From Tubiluchus corallicola (taxonomy: Eukaryota > Animalia > Priapulida), in the NCBI GenBank assembly GCA_030141605.1, contig JAQGDQ010000321.1, forward strand, positions 124,001 to 188,000: a stretch of 64,000 nt of DNA. The letters run 5' to 3'. Each line of letters opens with the position of its first letter. The stretch's first letter is position 1. The notes under the pieces were generated by a model. That model was given only the letters and a program-made list of their open reading frames with translations. It did not search any database and was not told the DNA's origin. Position numbers and translations under genes: made by a program. Shown piece by piece: positions 23,832 to 36,587 of this stretch.

Positions 23832-24690
23832 CAAGTTTAATGCTGTATGGTTGATGAAACAGAATAGATGCTAATCTATGCTTGCTGAAATGTAAAGAAA
23901 CTGGATGTATTATTTATAATGTAATTTTATTGAAATTTATATTTCGTTACATTATGCGTCAATCATGTAAAAGATTATACATAAAGCAAGTAAAGAAACT
24001 TGGATAATTTTGCAACACATATATTGTCTTGACGTTTTTGTCATAAATTGTCTGTTTAATAAACTAATAAACAGGCTGACTAGGTAATCACCAAAAGACA
24101 AGTAGGATGTCACTTAAGCGCCTTATAGGAAAGAAAAAATAATGTTTCTACATAATTAATTTTAACATTTTTTAGTCAATGATGTGGGTAAAATTTTGCA
24201 GAAAAGTACTGATTGCTAAATGCATAAAATGGGCGTTTTGGGGGGAAAACAAATGTGATGTTTTGTTTTCATGTAAAACATTCATGTTCACGTCCATATG
24301 TCCTGTATATTCATTTCCATAAGATCAGCAAATATTTACAAAACAACTATCAAAATATAGTCAACTTTACACTTTCGTATTTTTAGAATCGACAGTTCGC
24401 ATGTAAGTGACTAGACCAGTCACTGTACACTTACACTAAGTGTGCCACATTTTCACAGTTTGGCTTTCATCGCATTGGTTTTTGTTTGGACCATGTCTGA
24501 TTTCTGTAGTTACTGCCATAAGACTAACACGCTTTCTGCCATAAATTTGTGACACATTGAAGTTAACAGTATAGTTTACCTAACAGCACCGTTATTATCA
24601 TTTTAGATTTTCTTGTCTCGTTATGAAGTAACTGATAAGTTATTATAACAGGAGAACAATAATTATAGTTATGATAACAATAATTTAAAA

Positions 24691-24950
24691 TCACCCATTC
24701 TTATCCTTTAATTTCTCACATAGTCTTGAGTAAGCTCTTTCCAAGGCCAAATGCTCCTAAAAATAAAGTAGAAGAAAATTATCATCATTATTGTCATAAT
24801 TGTTGTTTTTATACAATACATTTGCATTGTTTTTTCATGCACCTTGCTAGGTAGCTGATGGCTGTTATAACTTAGAACATCCACATCATTATTATTGTTA
24901 TTGTAATTGCCATGATTATCATATAATCAATATTGTCGTCGTCGTGGTCG

Positions 24951-24981
<31 letters not shown>

Positions 24982-27900
24982 TAGTGTTACAATTGCCAAT
25001 GTTGTCCAATCACCATTAATTATTTCTCAATGTTATTATCACTTTATTGAAAGCAGTGTGATCTGGTATTGTGAGCTGATATAGCAAAGAATGAAGTCTT
25101 GCCTTTGTCTGGGTATGCAACATTTTTGTCAGCTTTTTCGTTTCTGACTCGCCTTCCAGTAATTTTTTCTGGAGCTGTGTCAGTCTTTTCTTGGCAGATG
25201 TCTCCAGGTCACGTGATGGATCTTTGGCATTCATGATCCCAAGAAATTCCTGTTGCCAGGCTTTCAGTTGACTGCAAAATAAGCATCGAAACTGGATTCT
25301 GATGAATATTTAATACGGTTTACACTTATCTGGATGTACATAATAGTCGCTGCATCAGGAAGAATTGGTTTTGTGCCATTTGTGTTGTTTCGTGCTGTTC
25401 TGAATTGTGCTATTTGCAATACTGAACTGGCAACAGGAATTTCCACATAAGTCAGAGATCTAGCTGCTGAAATGAAATTCCACAATGCTCTTGGATGACG
25501 TTACCTTGGTTTGTACGTGTAGAAGGTTCTTCAGCTTTACTAACTCGATTGTTTTTGCTTCAATTTGCTTGTCCAACTCAAAAATTTTTTGTTGCGTTTG
25601 TGTATTAGCGGATGGTTCCCTAGAACCTATACTTGCTTCAAGGAATTCCTGTTGCCAGCCGCGTAGTCGTCTGAAAAACAGTCTGCTTTGCTAAAATTAC
25701 TGAGCTTGATTTATAATCCACTTGCAAAATATTTTCCATGATTTGACCTTTGAGTAAAAGATACATTAAATTATAGCTATTCCATCTAACCTATTGAATA
25801 TATTGAAAATATTGAAAGGGAACATACTATTCCCTTATTTTAAGGCCGACTTACGTGAAAGAATTATTACGTCAATATAGTAAATTCACGTTTGTACGGC
25901 TAGTTCTTCTCTGTTACATGCAAAAAACAGGTGCTGTACCTATTATTTAATTACCAGAAATGCTTTGGCATTATTACAGGTCTTGAAATGTATACCTTTT
26001 ACTGAACTTCATACACTTTTCCTTTAACATCTCTCGTCTATCTTCTTTAATAATACTTAGTAATATACATGCTGTTGAAGCAGTAAAAATAGAAAATTGC
26101 AGAAGTTTTAGAACAGTGTCACATTTAATTGGTTTCACACATCTCAAAACATTATATACTACACATATAACGTATGGGTTAAACCCCCGTTGCTTATGCT
26201 ATAAACCAGACAAAAGTTAATTTTTATTTAAAGATAAATTTATTATGACTCAGCTGTGTTTACCTTTCCATTTCTAGTTCTGTTTTCTTCATGACGTCGT
26301 CCTTCCATTTCATAGTTGACTCTCGCAGTTTCTTTAGCTCAGCTTCTTTGGCTTGAAGTTGTTGTCCTAGTTGTTGACTTTTAGCCTTTGCTTCCACAGT
26401 TTTAATCTGTTCAACGTGGTCCTGTAACACATTTAAATGGTAAACAAAGTAGGCAAACAAATGGTAAACAAAACACCTTCAATAGGGAGACGTATGAAAC
26501 TATTGATTTCAGATTAAAAAACGCCTTGTGGTCCAGTTAGAATTGGCCGTATACGACTAGCCATGCTATTCTAACTTTTAATTTGAAAAACATTTGGCCT
26601 TCACTAACTATTGCAATCAGAAGTTCAAGATGGAATAAACGCACATTTATCGAATGACAATTATTCATAATCTCTAGTTCAAGATGGAATAAACCACACA
26701 ATTATTGAATTTTGAAACCAAACTTGCTCAGAGGAAAGAAGAAGTGTGTAAAAGTCAAGACACAGCCTGGATTTGAACCAGGGGCCGCTCGCTTACAAAG
26801 TGAACATTATAGACTACCATGCCCAAGTGACTGTGACATCAGATTCGTGACTAATTGTGGCTAATTCGATCAGTGGTAGTTGGGCAACCAGTTGAGCATT
26901 TCTTAGGTCACTTTATTCACGCTAGAGCTAGATGAGTAGTTAGATTAGATTAATTTTTTTTAGACTAATTAGATTAATTTTTTGCAATTAATTAGCCTGG
27001 AAAAATCTGCGGGTAATTAATTATACGTGAGCAAGGTGTTGTCACTTCTAGGTGCTGCGCTGGATGGCTTAAAACAAGGAGGATAAACAAAAGCAGACAC
27101 TATAATTATATTGTCTTGACTTTTAACACTAGGCCCATTACTCACTAGAGGCGTTTTTGCACTTTTTCCAACGAAAAAATGAAAACACAGTGCACTGCCA
27201 TATCAAACGTATTTTACGTAAAATGTGGTTTAAGGTTTGCTCACGTCAGTGAGAGAACGCACATGAAGGAGATGTTCCATGCAGCTTGTTTCAAAAATGT
27301 TTGGTAAAACAAGATTAAACACCTCTATAACACTACGTAATCAAGCTACAGATCGTCACTGCATTTAATGTCATTACTGCTGTTTTTTATAATAATAATA
27401 ATCATCATCATTGTTGTAATGTTTATCATTGTCACCACTGCCATCATCATTATCATTATCATCACGTTGTCATCGTTATCGTTTTCGTTCCTGTTATTTG
27501 TCACTAGTTTTGACGCTCATGACATTAGTATACAGATGGCAGTCGGCTCTACGCATTGTTTCTTGAAATCGGCGTGGTTTTCAATGCCCTCTTGACGTCT
27601 TTTTTCAGATTGTTGATCCCCTCCAGATTGTCTCTGTGATTTTAATTATGATTGATATCCTTTTTTATGTGTAAATAATATAGAAAAAAACAAAGTTTTA
27701 CTTCCTGTATGTGATTTTTCCCTTTTCCTTTTTTCACCTGATAAAAACCGTGACTGAAAGGTGGCACCTTTTCATTATTTTTAACTGTAAGAAGTTTTTT
27801 AGTAATTATGACTATTCTTACCATTAAGAAATAAATTTGCATTGTTATTGAAACCAAGATATTAATAAATAACGGTGTAATATGAAAGCGCATGCGTGAA

Positions 27901-30900
27901 CTATCGGACCAGTGAACCAAATTTTTTTTTGGAACTGAGGGAATACTGACATTGACTTTGGTAAAACATGTTACTTTTAAGAGTGTCATTTGCAGATCTT
28001 GCCTGCGTTTCCCCTGTTAATTACAGTACTGTTACTCTGGGAACTATTTTTCTCAAATTATTATTCAATAACTGATTAGGCCAGTTCAATTTTCTATGCT
28101 GTATGATACCTTGACAAGTAGAATATAAATGTGTTATTGGATAATAATAATTTTAATTTTTTTTACCATAATTGACAAGGAGGCACCTCTGATATGTGCA
28201 AAAATTGCAGTCCAGTAGATATATAATAAAATAAAGGTTCAAATAAAGCATACTTAGTTAACGCCATTGGAAGCCAAAAGTTAGGCCCGACGAGAAAGGG
28301 GGCAGGGGGTGCAGAGCCCGGGTGTCTTAGGGAGCGCGAGAATATTAAGGACGCAACCAGGGTTTTATATATATAACTAGACCTGCTAAACCTTTTTCTT
28401 CATAAAGTTGTCTACGTGGATTAGACATTTCTTCTTGTCTTTTCTCTAGCTTTTCCCTCTTCTGTAGTACCTTTTTGATTGGCGGAGACTTTAGAAATAA
28501 TGGGGAATTGGCGGAATCGTTCACAAAAGTTGACGAAGCCGAAAGCAACAGTCACCCCTTTCTATGCCCAGAGGTAACTGAGGGTGGGCGGTAACTCCTC
28601 TGGCTATTGCTGCAAAGTTGCCAGGTACAGACGGCCAATTTGAATACGAAAAATTACCAAAACAACAAATGAAAAAAAAAATGTTTTCACTCTATACACA
28701 TGACACGTGGGCAGCCAGGGTATTTAAACATCACTTTAACAGCTTTATGTAATGTTTTGCCACTTGAAGTGAGGCCCTTAATACTTGCTGCCCTGGGGAC
28801 CGCAATACCTCTCGACAGCCTTGCCAAGAATTAGCCCCGTGGTGCAAAAATTCGTAAAAAAGTCGAAAATTTAATTTTTTGTTTGAATTTTACGTTTGTG
28901 TATGGCTGACATTTTATTTATCAGATTTATTTTATTTAGAATACGTTTTGTTTCTTTATTGTGCTCTTTTATATTTCAATAATGTATCTGAGAGTTTAAA
29001 TACTGTGTATAATTATTTATTATCAAAATTCAGTCCGAGATACGCGTGACGTCATCACAACAGGAAGATGACTAGAGCTTAAAAACGAAGCAAACAAAAC
29101 TGTCATTTGTTTATTCATTCATTTATTTCACCTGACTCCAGTGTAAGCTATATCAATATTAAACGGTTATAACGGGAATGGAATTTAGCCAATTACCAAG
29201 TATAATTTTCTGAGGTCAGACGATGAGCAACTGACCTAGTCACACTATGACTGACAAAACTGTCCTGAAGCAGCACTCACCAAGATTTGTTAATTTTGTA
29301 ACCGCTTCTAGGTTTACGGTCAAGCATCATTGCATACTGACCTTTAACAATAGTTGCCGCATTGTTTCCATGTCCTTTGCTTTCTCCTCCTGAAGCCTTT
29401 CTCTTAACTGCTTCATATCACGTTCCTGTAATATAAGCATTCCACATCAATATCTGCAGCTTACAGTGTTTAGCTTATAGTACTCAACAACATAGGCGTA
29501 CGAGCAGGGGGGAGCGGGAGGGAGGCGGTTGCCCTCCCAAAGCAAATGGATTTTACATATTCAGGGCAAAAGGTATTTATTTTCACAGCAAATAATTGTA
29601 TAGTAAAATTTCCAAATTTAATATTGAATATCAGAAAAATGCTTAAATGCACAAGAATAAAATTTGTAAGCTCATGGGCTTTAAAGAATGCAAAAGTAAA
29701 CTTACAATTTTATTTGTCTAAAAATTTCTCATAATAATTATTTCTGCTTGAAAAGTAAAAATATTCGTAAAGTTCAGTTTTGCAAAAAGGTTTTCACAGT
29801 CTTTATGTTAACATTAAATTTGCGCATTTTTACATTCTTTACACCATTTAACAACGCTTTTGTTTCATTTGGAATAGGAATTCCGATTAGAAAGAATTAT
29901 AAATTGCGTTAATTTATTAAACACCGTCACTGTCCTTGGCTTAAATTCTGTTTAAAAAATTCTTCCATCTTGGCGACGCACGTTGAGTGTTGCGAATGGG
30001 CCTCACAAGTTGAGTGCCTGTCTTCATCTAAATTTGGCCCTCAGTAGGCCTATAAATGTTTTATTTTTCGGCACTTTTGTCAGTCTATATAAGTATATAT
30101 ATAGATACCCAGCTATTTGCAAATTCTTTCTGCCCCCTTCCCTTGTGAGACCTTCCCGTACGCCTATGCTAAACACTACAGCCCTTCTTTAATGAAACAC
30201 TACAGCCCTTCTTTAATGAAAGTATGTTCCAATGGACAATCTTGGCTTTAGGGTAAGGGCAAAAATTGTTGAAACAGTTATCAGTATTTTGCTTGCGTAA
30301 TTAAACATGTATTACTTCTTTTGGCTGTTGATAATGGTTTTTGTTTTCAGTCGGCCTTATTCTAGGCCTGCTTTTTAGATTTTTCCAGATGTTTTAAATA
30401 AAGGCGTATATTTTTTAGATTTGCCCCAAATGTCGCAGATGAAACACATGGTTAAAAGCTAAAGAGCAATTAATTCTGTAAGCTCAATTAAACGTTTGTT
30501 TCGTTGTTTTTGTGTCGTTTAAACCTGACGGCTTACTAAACTTTTGTGTATTAAGTGTGTTCCGTAAGATGTCCCTTCACTCAAACGCGAATGAAATTTA
30601 TTAGCTGAATGTACGATTACTTATTACTTTGTCAGATGCGTGAAACTGTTTTACATGACTTACGTGTTTTCGGTTGAGGGCAGAAATCTCCCTTTGTTTC
30701 TGTCGCAGTTCCGTTTCCACCAACATCAGCTTGCTTTTCATTTCCTCATTGAGATGTTTAAGATCGCTGGTGGCATCAACGCGGTCTTGTAGGTCTTCTT
30801 TCTCCTTCTGTAGCCGAGTGATCACTTCTGCCCTTTCATCAAGTTCCTGCACGAGTACAAACAATTCTTTATTTCATTATTGTCTTTTCAAATTCTTAAA

Positions 30901-33900
30901 GCTAATGAGATTGTTTGTAATAGACAAAATATACCCACACATGGACCTCCCCAAGCAAAGGTATTGAAAACTTTATCAACATATGGTGATTTTTTTTTTT
31001 TAATTTTTGTGATGTGTGTGTCATTTTACAATTGTTGTTATGGCGTTTACCTTTCTTGTTTCTTGTTACGTTTGGTTTACTGTTCAAAATTTTGCGTAAT
31101 TTTGATCTCATCATCTGGGTATTTTTGAAGCCAAGTCCTGCTTTATTGCTGGGACGTTCAAACACTTCGGAACATGAGCTCAGTTTGCTTTTAATTGTAA
31201 TGATACACGTGCATGTACTCAAGTACTAATTATTTGAACTGACTGTTCAACTTATTGTGTATTTTCGTTTATTTTGATTGCAATGGAATCAAAAACAATC
31301 AAGAAAAGTGTAAGTGAATATGGAACTGCAAACCGTACTTGTTAGTTAGGACCTACTTTATTGTTAACAAAACCATTACAATACAACTAGAAAAAGACAG
31401 TCTTGTTACTGATGAACGCTCAGACACCATACATGTTGAGAACAACCTTTTTGAAAGAATTTGATGTAGTGCAAAAATCTTGATTTTTAAGTTGGGTTTA
31501 GCTTTCGGACTGCAACCACTCAGTCTTCAGTTCGAGCCTAGCGACTGCCAATGCCAGGACATGTTATTCGTTGTGTATTGTTGTAAGTGTAAGTCGCTAA
31601 ATAATCGTTAGTGCTAATGTTGTCTGTTAGACGAGCAACGGTAAATAAATGATGTCCTTTGTCTTTTGAGTTTCCAGTCAAAACTGTATTTCGATTATAA
31701 TAGCTTCGGCTAAATTTCTCTGTTTAGACAAAACATCGACAATAAATAAAGTGGCTCGTCTTATCTTAGCTTCTCTGACACAGTAGTGTCTATACAAATG
31801 TAAGAGTTGAGATTCAGTACTCAATGATAAAATTGCTTCTCTTTTGTTTGAGTACCAGCAGAAATTGGCAATTTATGTGTTTTTCCTTTTTTGGGTGGTC
31901 TACCGAAGAGAACAGTAAGTTAGCAAAAAAAAACTACCAAACCTCCCGTGGAGGCGTCTATATAAACACGCACGCGGTTTAGCGCTTTATGTCACCCACG
32001 TGAATAACTTGATGCCACGCCCATAATTATTCTGCCATAACTATTGTGTCAAACAGTGTTATAACGTCTGTGAGTGTCACTAACCATCAATGTATCAGTA
32101 TCAGTAACATTCTGAATTGAACAGGTTATTATGAACTAGATTAGTTATTAATATCCCCAGAGCTAATATGGTAATGATATCCTAATTACATCATTAAGGG
32201 CGCCTGAATTGCCCGGTGATTATTAAATAATTACTGGGAAACCTGTGTACTCTATGTGGAAGACCATGCGCTTATTATTAGTTGCCTTGATGGAAGCCTA
32301 TTTCGTCTCTACTGATTTGATCAGATGTGAAAGTATATTTACGTCCTTGGAGCACAAAGGATTCTGGTTCAAGTCAAGTTTTACTTCGCTCCCCCTCAAA
32401 TACATCCCCGACGGCCGTTATCGCTAAGGAACACGGTAGCCTTATTCCTTAACACACTAGCGACTGCGTTATTCAAGTTTGATTTCAAAATTCAATTAAT
32501 TGTGGTTGTGCCGTCATTAATAATAATTCTAATATCGAAATAATAAATAATTAAATATTACAATGTTAAAAATGTAAATATGTAAAAAATGATAATGATG
32601 AAAATGTTAAACGACAAAAATATAAACGAAAAGAGGTGAAGACAGAAAAGGTGAAAAAGACATCATTTAAGTCATGGATGAAAAAGTAATTCTAAAGGGG
32701 CAAAACTTCAAGTTGCAACTTTTTCACATTTCCTGTCTTTTATGTTTGGCATCAAAATTTAAATAACTGTAGGTTTGTACAGTAATTATCATTACTCTTT
32801 TTATTATTGATTTTTTACTGCACCTTTTGCATCGTTATCACATTCTCCCGTGCTTGTTGTTGCTCTTCTGTTACTAACTTGTTTGTTGATTCCAGCTTGG
32901 CTGACATTTCGTTAATTTTTAGTTGCCATGTTTCTTCTGTTACGTGTAATCTGCTTTCTAACTTCATTTTTTCATCTCGCAACGCATCTAAGTCTTCTAG
33001 CAAGTTTTCTATCTGAGAAGGCCAAAGACTAGTCGTTGGTTTCTGTACTAAATCATCAACTTTTGATGTCGTAGGCATGTTGTCTTTCTCAGTCACTTCG
33101 TCTTCGTGATTAGCACTAAACGTTGTTACTCGGCTTATTCTCATTTTTTCTTTGTAGTGTTCAGATTCTTCAGTTGAAGTGATTTCTGTTGGTTCTTCTA
33201 GATGGGAAGATTCTTTTGTCAATTTTGTTAATTGCTGAGAAACGGACTTTAAAACAGACAATGTTTCAAGATTTCCTTCACTATCTTGTTTTGAAAATTC
33301 AGTGCCTGCACTAGGTTGGCTAGATGTGAACCCGTGATCACTCGAATGCCTTTCTTTTTCTTGCACATTATTAACAAATCCATCATCACTATCGTAAACA
33401 TGAGAGCTAATCTCTCTTTCACATACAGTTTTAAGATCTTCTATGCTGGGAGAGCGTTTTAACTTTGAGAATGTACAACTTGTATGAGAGTCGGCTAAAT
33501 CTGACAGGCTAAGTCTTGGAACGGGCGGTTCTGTGTATGTCCCTGTAATCTCCATTCCCCAGTCGGAATCTGCACTAGTATTGCTAAGACTTCTGTCTTG
33601 CATTTCGTCATCCACTTTTTCTTCATACCCTATATCACTATTAATATCAGTCACTGGAACGCCATACTCGATCATTCCAGCATTCTGAAGATATTCAACA
33701 GCATCATCTTGTGTCAGACTAAAGAACGGAGAGAGCTTCCGGGCATCACGTTCATCCCAAGAATAACGCCTGGATCGATGCGAACACCGCTCAGAAATTT
33801 GTTCAGCGTCAAGCCACATACCACCTGGATCAGATTCTGATAGTCGGATTTCGTTAATACTTTGTGATTTGGTCAGTAATCTATTCTCAATAATCTGGCA

Positions 33901-34284
33901 CTCCAAAAATCTCTGGTCAGCATGCAATTTATCCGATTTGCCGGTCATCACAAAAATTGGGCTCTTTCCAATATGATCATCGCTACCACTGCTTGCGGGA
34001 CTACTGTTAACAATTTCTACAGTAACATCTACGGTGCGTGATAAAGCAGCATCTGCAGCATCTCGTTCACTATCACCAAGTTTGTCGTGACGAGATTGTA
34101 ACTCCTCCGTGGACTCCCAAGCGCTGTCTCCTTCACTGTCTGCTTCACCATGTCTTTCTTGTTCCATCTTGCTTTCTTGCTTTAATTTTTTTCCTTTGGA
34201 ATATTTCGCGTACTCTGTCTCTAATTCCTTCTGTAGCTCTTTGCTAAACACATTGGAGTAATGCCTCCAAAAGCTGTTTAACAT
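24691..34284 (-). CDS. Multi-exon coiled-coil protein gene with large acidic/Ser-rich N-terminal exon; uncharacterised, probably ciliary/centrosomal
   Basis: Exons (minus): 34284-32824 (ATG; acceptor near 34356), 30846-30664, 29425-29342, tentative 27633-27553, 26421-26264, then either 25670-25505 or 25271-25103, then 24756-24691 (TGA). All phases fit. Heptad-rich: LEDLDALRDEKMKLESRL, MKSKLMLVETELRQKQREISALNRKHERDMKQLRERLQEEKAKDMETMRQLLLK. Confidence 0.8.
24951..24980. repeat. (CAT)n microsatellite
   Basis: Direct reading. Confidence 0.9.
25103..25271 (-). CDS. Alternative exon B (phase 2 to 0, GC donor) of the coiled-coil gene
   Basis: TTTTGCAG|T CAA CTG AAA GCC TGG...; SQLKAWQQEFLGIMNAKDPSRDLETSAKKRLTQLQKKLLEGESETKKLTKMLHTQTK; ends AAG|GCAAGA. 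Confidence 0.7.
25505..25670 (-). CDS. Alternative exon A (phase 2 to 0, GT donor) of the coiled-coil gene
   Basis: TTTTTCAG|A CGA CTA...; RRLRGWQQEFLEASIGSREPSANTQTQQKIFELDKQIEAKTIELVKLKNLLHVQTK; ends AAG|GTAACG. Confidence 0.78.
26675..26830 (-). mobile_element. tRNA-derived SINE relic
   Basis: Minus strand T-arm/B-box CCTGGTTCAAATCCAGG and anticodon-like loop TTTGTAA. Body AAGTTTGGTTTCAAAATTCAATAATTGTG is related to 32476-32510. Confidence 0.65.
28282..28823. mobile_element. hAT-like MITE
   Basis: Termini TAGGCCCGACGAGA ... TCTCGACAGCCTTG. Flanks CCAAAAGT / CCAAGAAT resemble an 8-bp TSD. Confidence 0.65.
29491..30168. mobile_element. hAT-like MITE
   Basis: Perfect 12-bp TIR CATAGGCGTACG ... 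CGTACGCCTATG. Flanks CTCAACAA / CTAAACAC (6/8). Followed by a 24-bp tandem duplication at 30171-30218. Confidence 0.8.
32340..32780 (+). mobile_element. SINE-related fragments
   Basis: GGTTCAAGTC B-box-like motif near 32367 and a body shared with 26.7 kb. TTTTTCACATTTCCTGT...AACTGTAGGTTTGTA near 32720-32780 is shared with 37683-37745. Confidence 0.5.
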
Positions 34285-36350
34285 TGTTATTTCACGGTGT
34301 TCTACATCTTGCACATGAATATTGAAGAAACAAAGCCTTGGAAGTGAGATTATGCCTGAAAAATTCAGGAAGGATTAGGTGTTGTTGATTTAACGAATTT
34401 CGTCCAATTCTCTTTACATTTTTTAATTGTAAAACATGTAGAATTTGGTATTTTAACCTTCAAGCACGCTGTATCACACAAGTGTACAATAATTTTTCAT
34501 AAAGTTTACTTCATGATAAATATTATTGTATATTTATCGTTGTTTTACTTTTTATTTGTGCCTTTATAAAATTTGTTTCCTCGTGAAATTGGTACCAAAC
34601 GTTTGGTGCCACACACATTGAGTAGTAATGAAAGTAGTGCAAATCCCTTCAGTCAGTCTATAATATAGCACATTGAGTATAAATTGCCATTTTGAGAATG
34701 AATAATTACTTTTTATACAGCTCCATTTTTGAAAAGGCAAAAAGGGGCACAAATAATTGACACTTGTGTATAGGTTTATAGATACTTAGCTATGTGGTTT
34801 TCCGCGTGCTTCCCAGTCAATGAGACTCAGAAAGCCAGCTAAACACAAAACAGTTTTCACCCGGTCCCAGTTTAACACCAGATCAAAATCAATAATTCGT
34901 TTTCAAGTCAATAGCTTGCATTTTTTCGCTCTGTTAGGCGCCGCTGACATATTGATTGCGTGCTGCGTAATAAGGCAATGTACCATTGTAGGCCTACCCT
35001 TATTAGTTTGCCTGACCTCGTGGGCTATGCTGCCAATATAGGGTCAGAAACCAGCTTGTAAATACACCTAATTCAGCTCCTTTTGTTGGGGGTTTATATG
35101 AATTTCTGTGTAACGTACAAATTCAAACGCGACTAACTACAACAGTTATATCAGTTCACTGTTTTGTCTTAGGAGCACATCTTTTATAGTGATTTACGTA
35201 ACGGTTATACGCTTCAGTGGTCACTTTGTATTGGCATCAGTTTATGCCTGTCTTCTGACCTCAGCATAACTCTGACTTCTGACCCCTCTTAGACCAAAAT
35301 CCAACAGCACGGAAACATCTGCATGACAGGGTGCAGAAAAAGTAGTTAAAATTTTCAGTGGTCTAATTGTAACTGGTAGCAAGCAACTATCTGCTAATGT
35401 TCTTTTAAAAATAAAGAGGAATGGGAAAGAAGGAAATAACTAGCTGCTAACAGTTTGCGAGAGTAACCACTAGAATAAATAGGAGCCTGTTCTAGCTATT
35501 CTACACAAGAATTCTGTGACATTTATACGGTGCCCTCGGTGCATGAGGGAATTAAGGAGCTGTTGGAAGACATGTTGGGCGTTGGAACTGCCGCAACAAA
35601 CTCAGAAGTTAGTACGCCTATTATCCTATAAACAGATAGTGATTTTATAATAAACAGGATCATCCAGAAAAAATGTTCCCTCAGGTAACCCTTTCTCCTT
35701 GTAGAAGTTTTTGTAAAAAAAGCCAACATCACCGCGTGGCTCTGTTCTCTTCCTTCCTAAAACCTATAAATTTCCCTCCAATACATCGCCAAGCAGCGTA
35801 CGTTTTGTACACTATGTTTAATTTTGATCTAAGGGGATCCATGCAGAAGTCAGAAAACAGACATAAACTGTTGCCAGTACAAAGTGACCACTGGAGTGTA
35901 AAATTGTTACCCAGGTTATTAGAATTTTTTAAAAGATGCTCTAACTGTCTAAGAAAAGACAGTAAACTAGTTTAAATGTTGCAGCTAGTCCTGTTTGAAT
36001 TTGGGCAATGAGAACTACAGCCATTTTTAGAGGTTTTCATCTGCAGTTCCTAATTGAACATTGTGTACAGAAAATTTCTAGAGGCGCTTGTTGGGAGGGC
36101 AATTTCTAATTTTGTTTTTTTTGGAAAAAGGAAAAACCGGGGTACACTATGAAGCCAGTCTTTTTTACAAACGACTCTACCATGATGAAGGACTTCAACG
36201 TCAAGAAGACAAAAATAAGAAGCGCCACTGTTTTGGTGATAGAAAAAAGAGATCATAGTGATTTTTAGTCACTTGCGTCTACTGCCTGTAGCTAAGGCAG
36301 TTGCAGCTTTTAATACTGATAGGCCTATTAATAAAAAGTAACTCACATAC

Positions 36351-36570
36351 CTTTATTATGATGAGAAATCAACAATGCATTTTAAGAGCGTTTACTTAAA
36401 AGTATCAATTTAGGCTGCTCTTGTTTATAAAATCTACGCATCGCCGCTTTCATTCTTCACACGACATCTTCCATAGTTGGAAGTCTCTCACAGAACGTTT
36501 GACATCAGTTGAATTGTTCGGTTTTATATTTACTTATGCTACCCGTTATACGCAGATATCGTCTCATCGT
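36351..36570 (-). other. Probable non-coding 5' UTR exon of the coiled-coil gene
   Basis: Strong donor AAAG|GTATGT at 36351/36350, with only short ATG-initiated ORFs inside. Lies just downstream of an X-box. Start not determinable. Confidence 0.45.
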
Positions 36571-36573
36571 GCG

Positions 36574-36587
36574 GTTGCCATAGCAAT
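36574..36587. promoter_or_regulatory. RFX X-box GTTGCCATAGCAAT
   Basis: 13/14 match to the GTTGCCATRGCAAC X-box consensus, next to the inferred first exon. Confidence 0.65.

Noticed and set aside
27368-27595. Poly-Ile membrane protein
   Set aside because: Translation of ATC/ATA trinucleotide low-complexity sequence.
31950-32030. TATA box, CACGTG and CCACGCCC cluster as an internal promoter
   Set aside because: Short motifs are expected by chance and no linked exon could be established.
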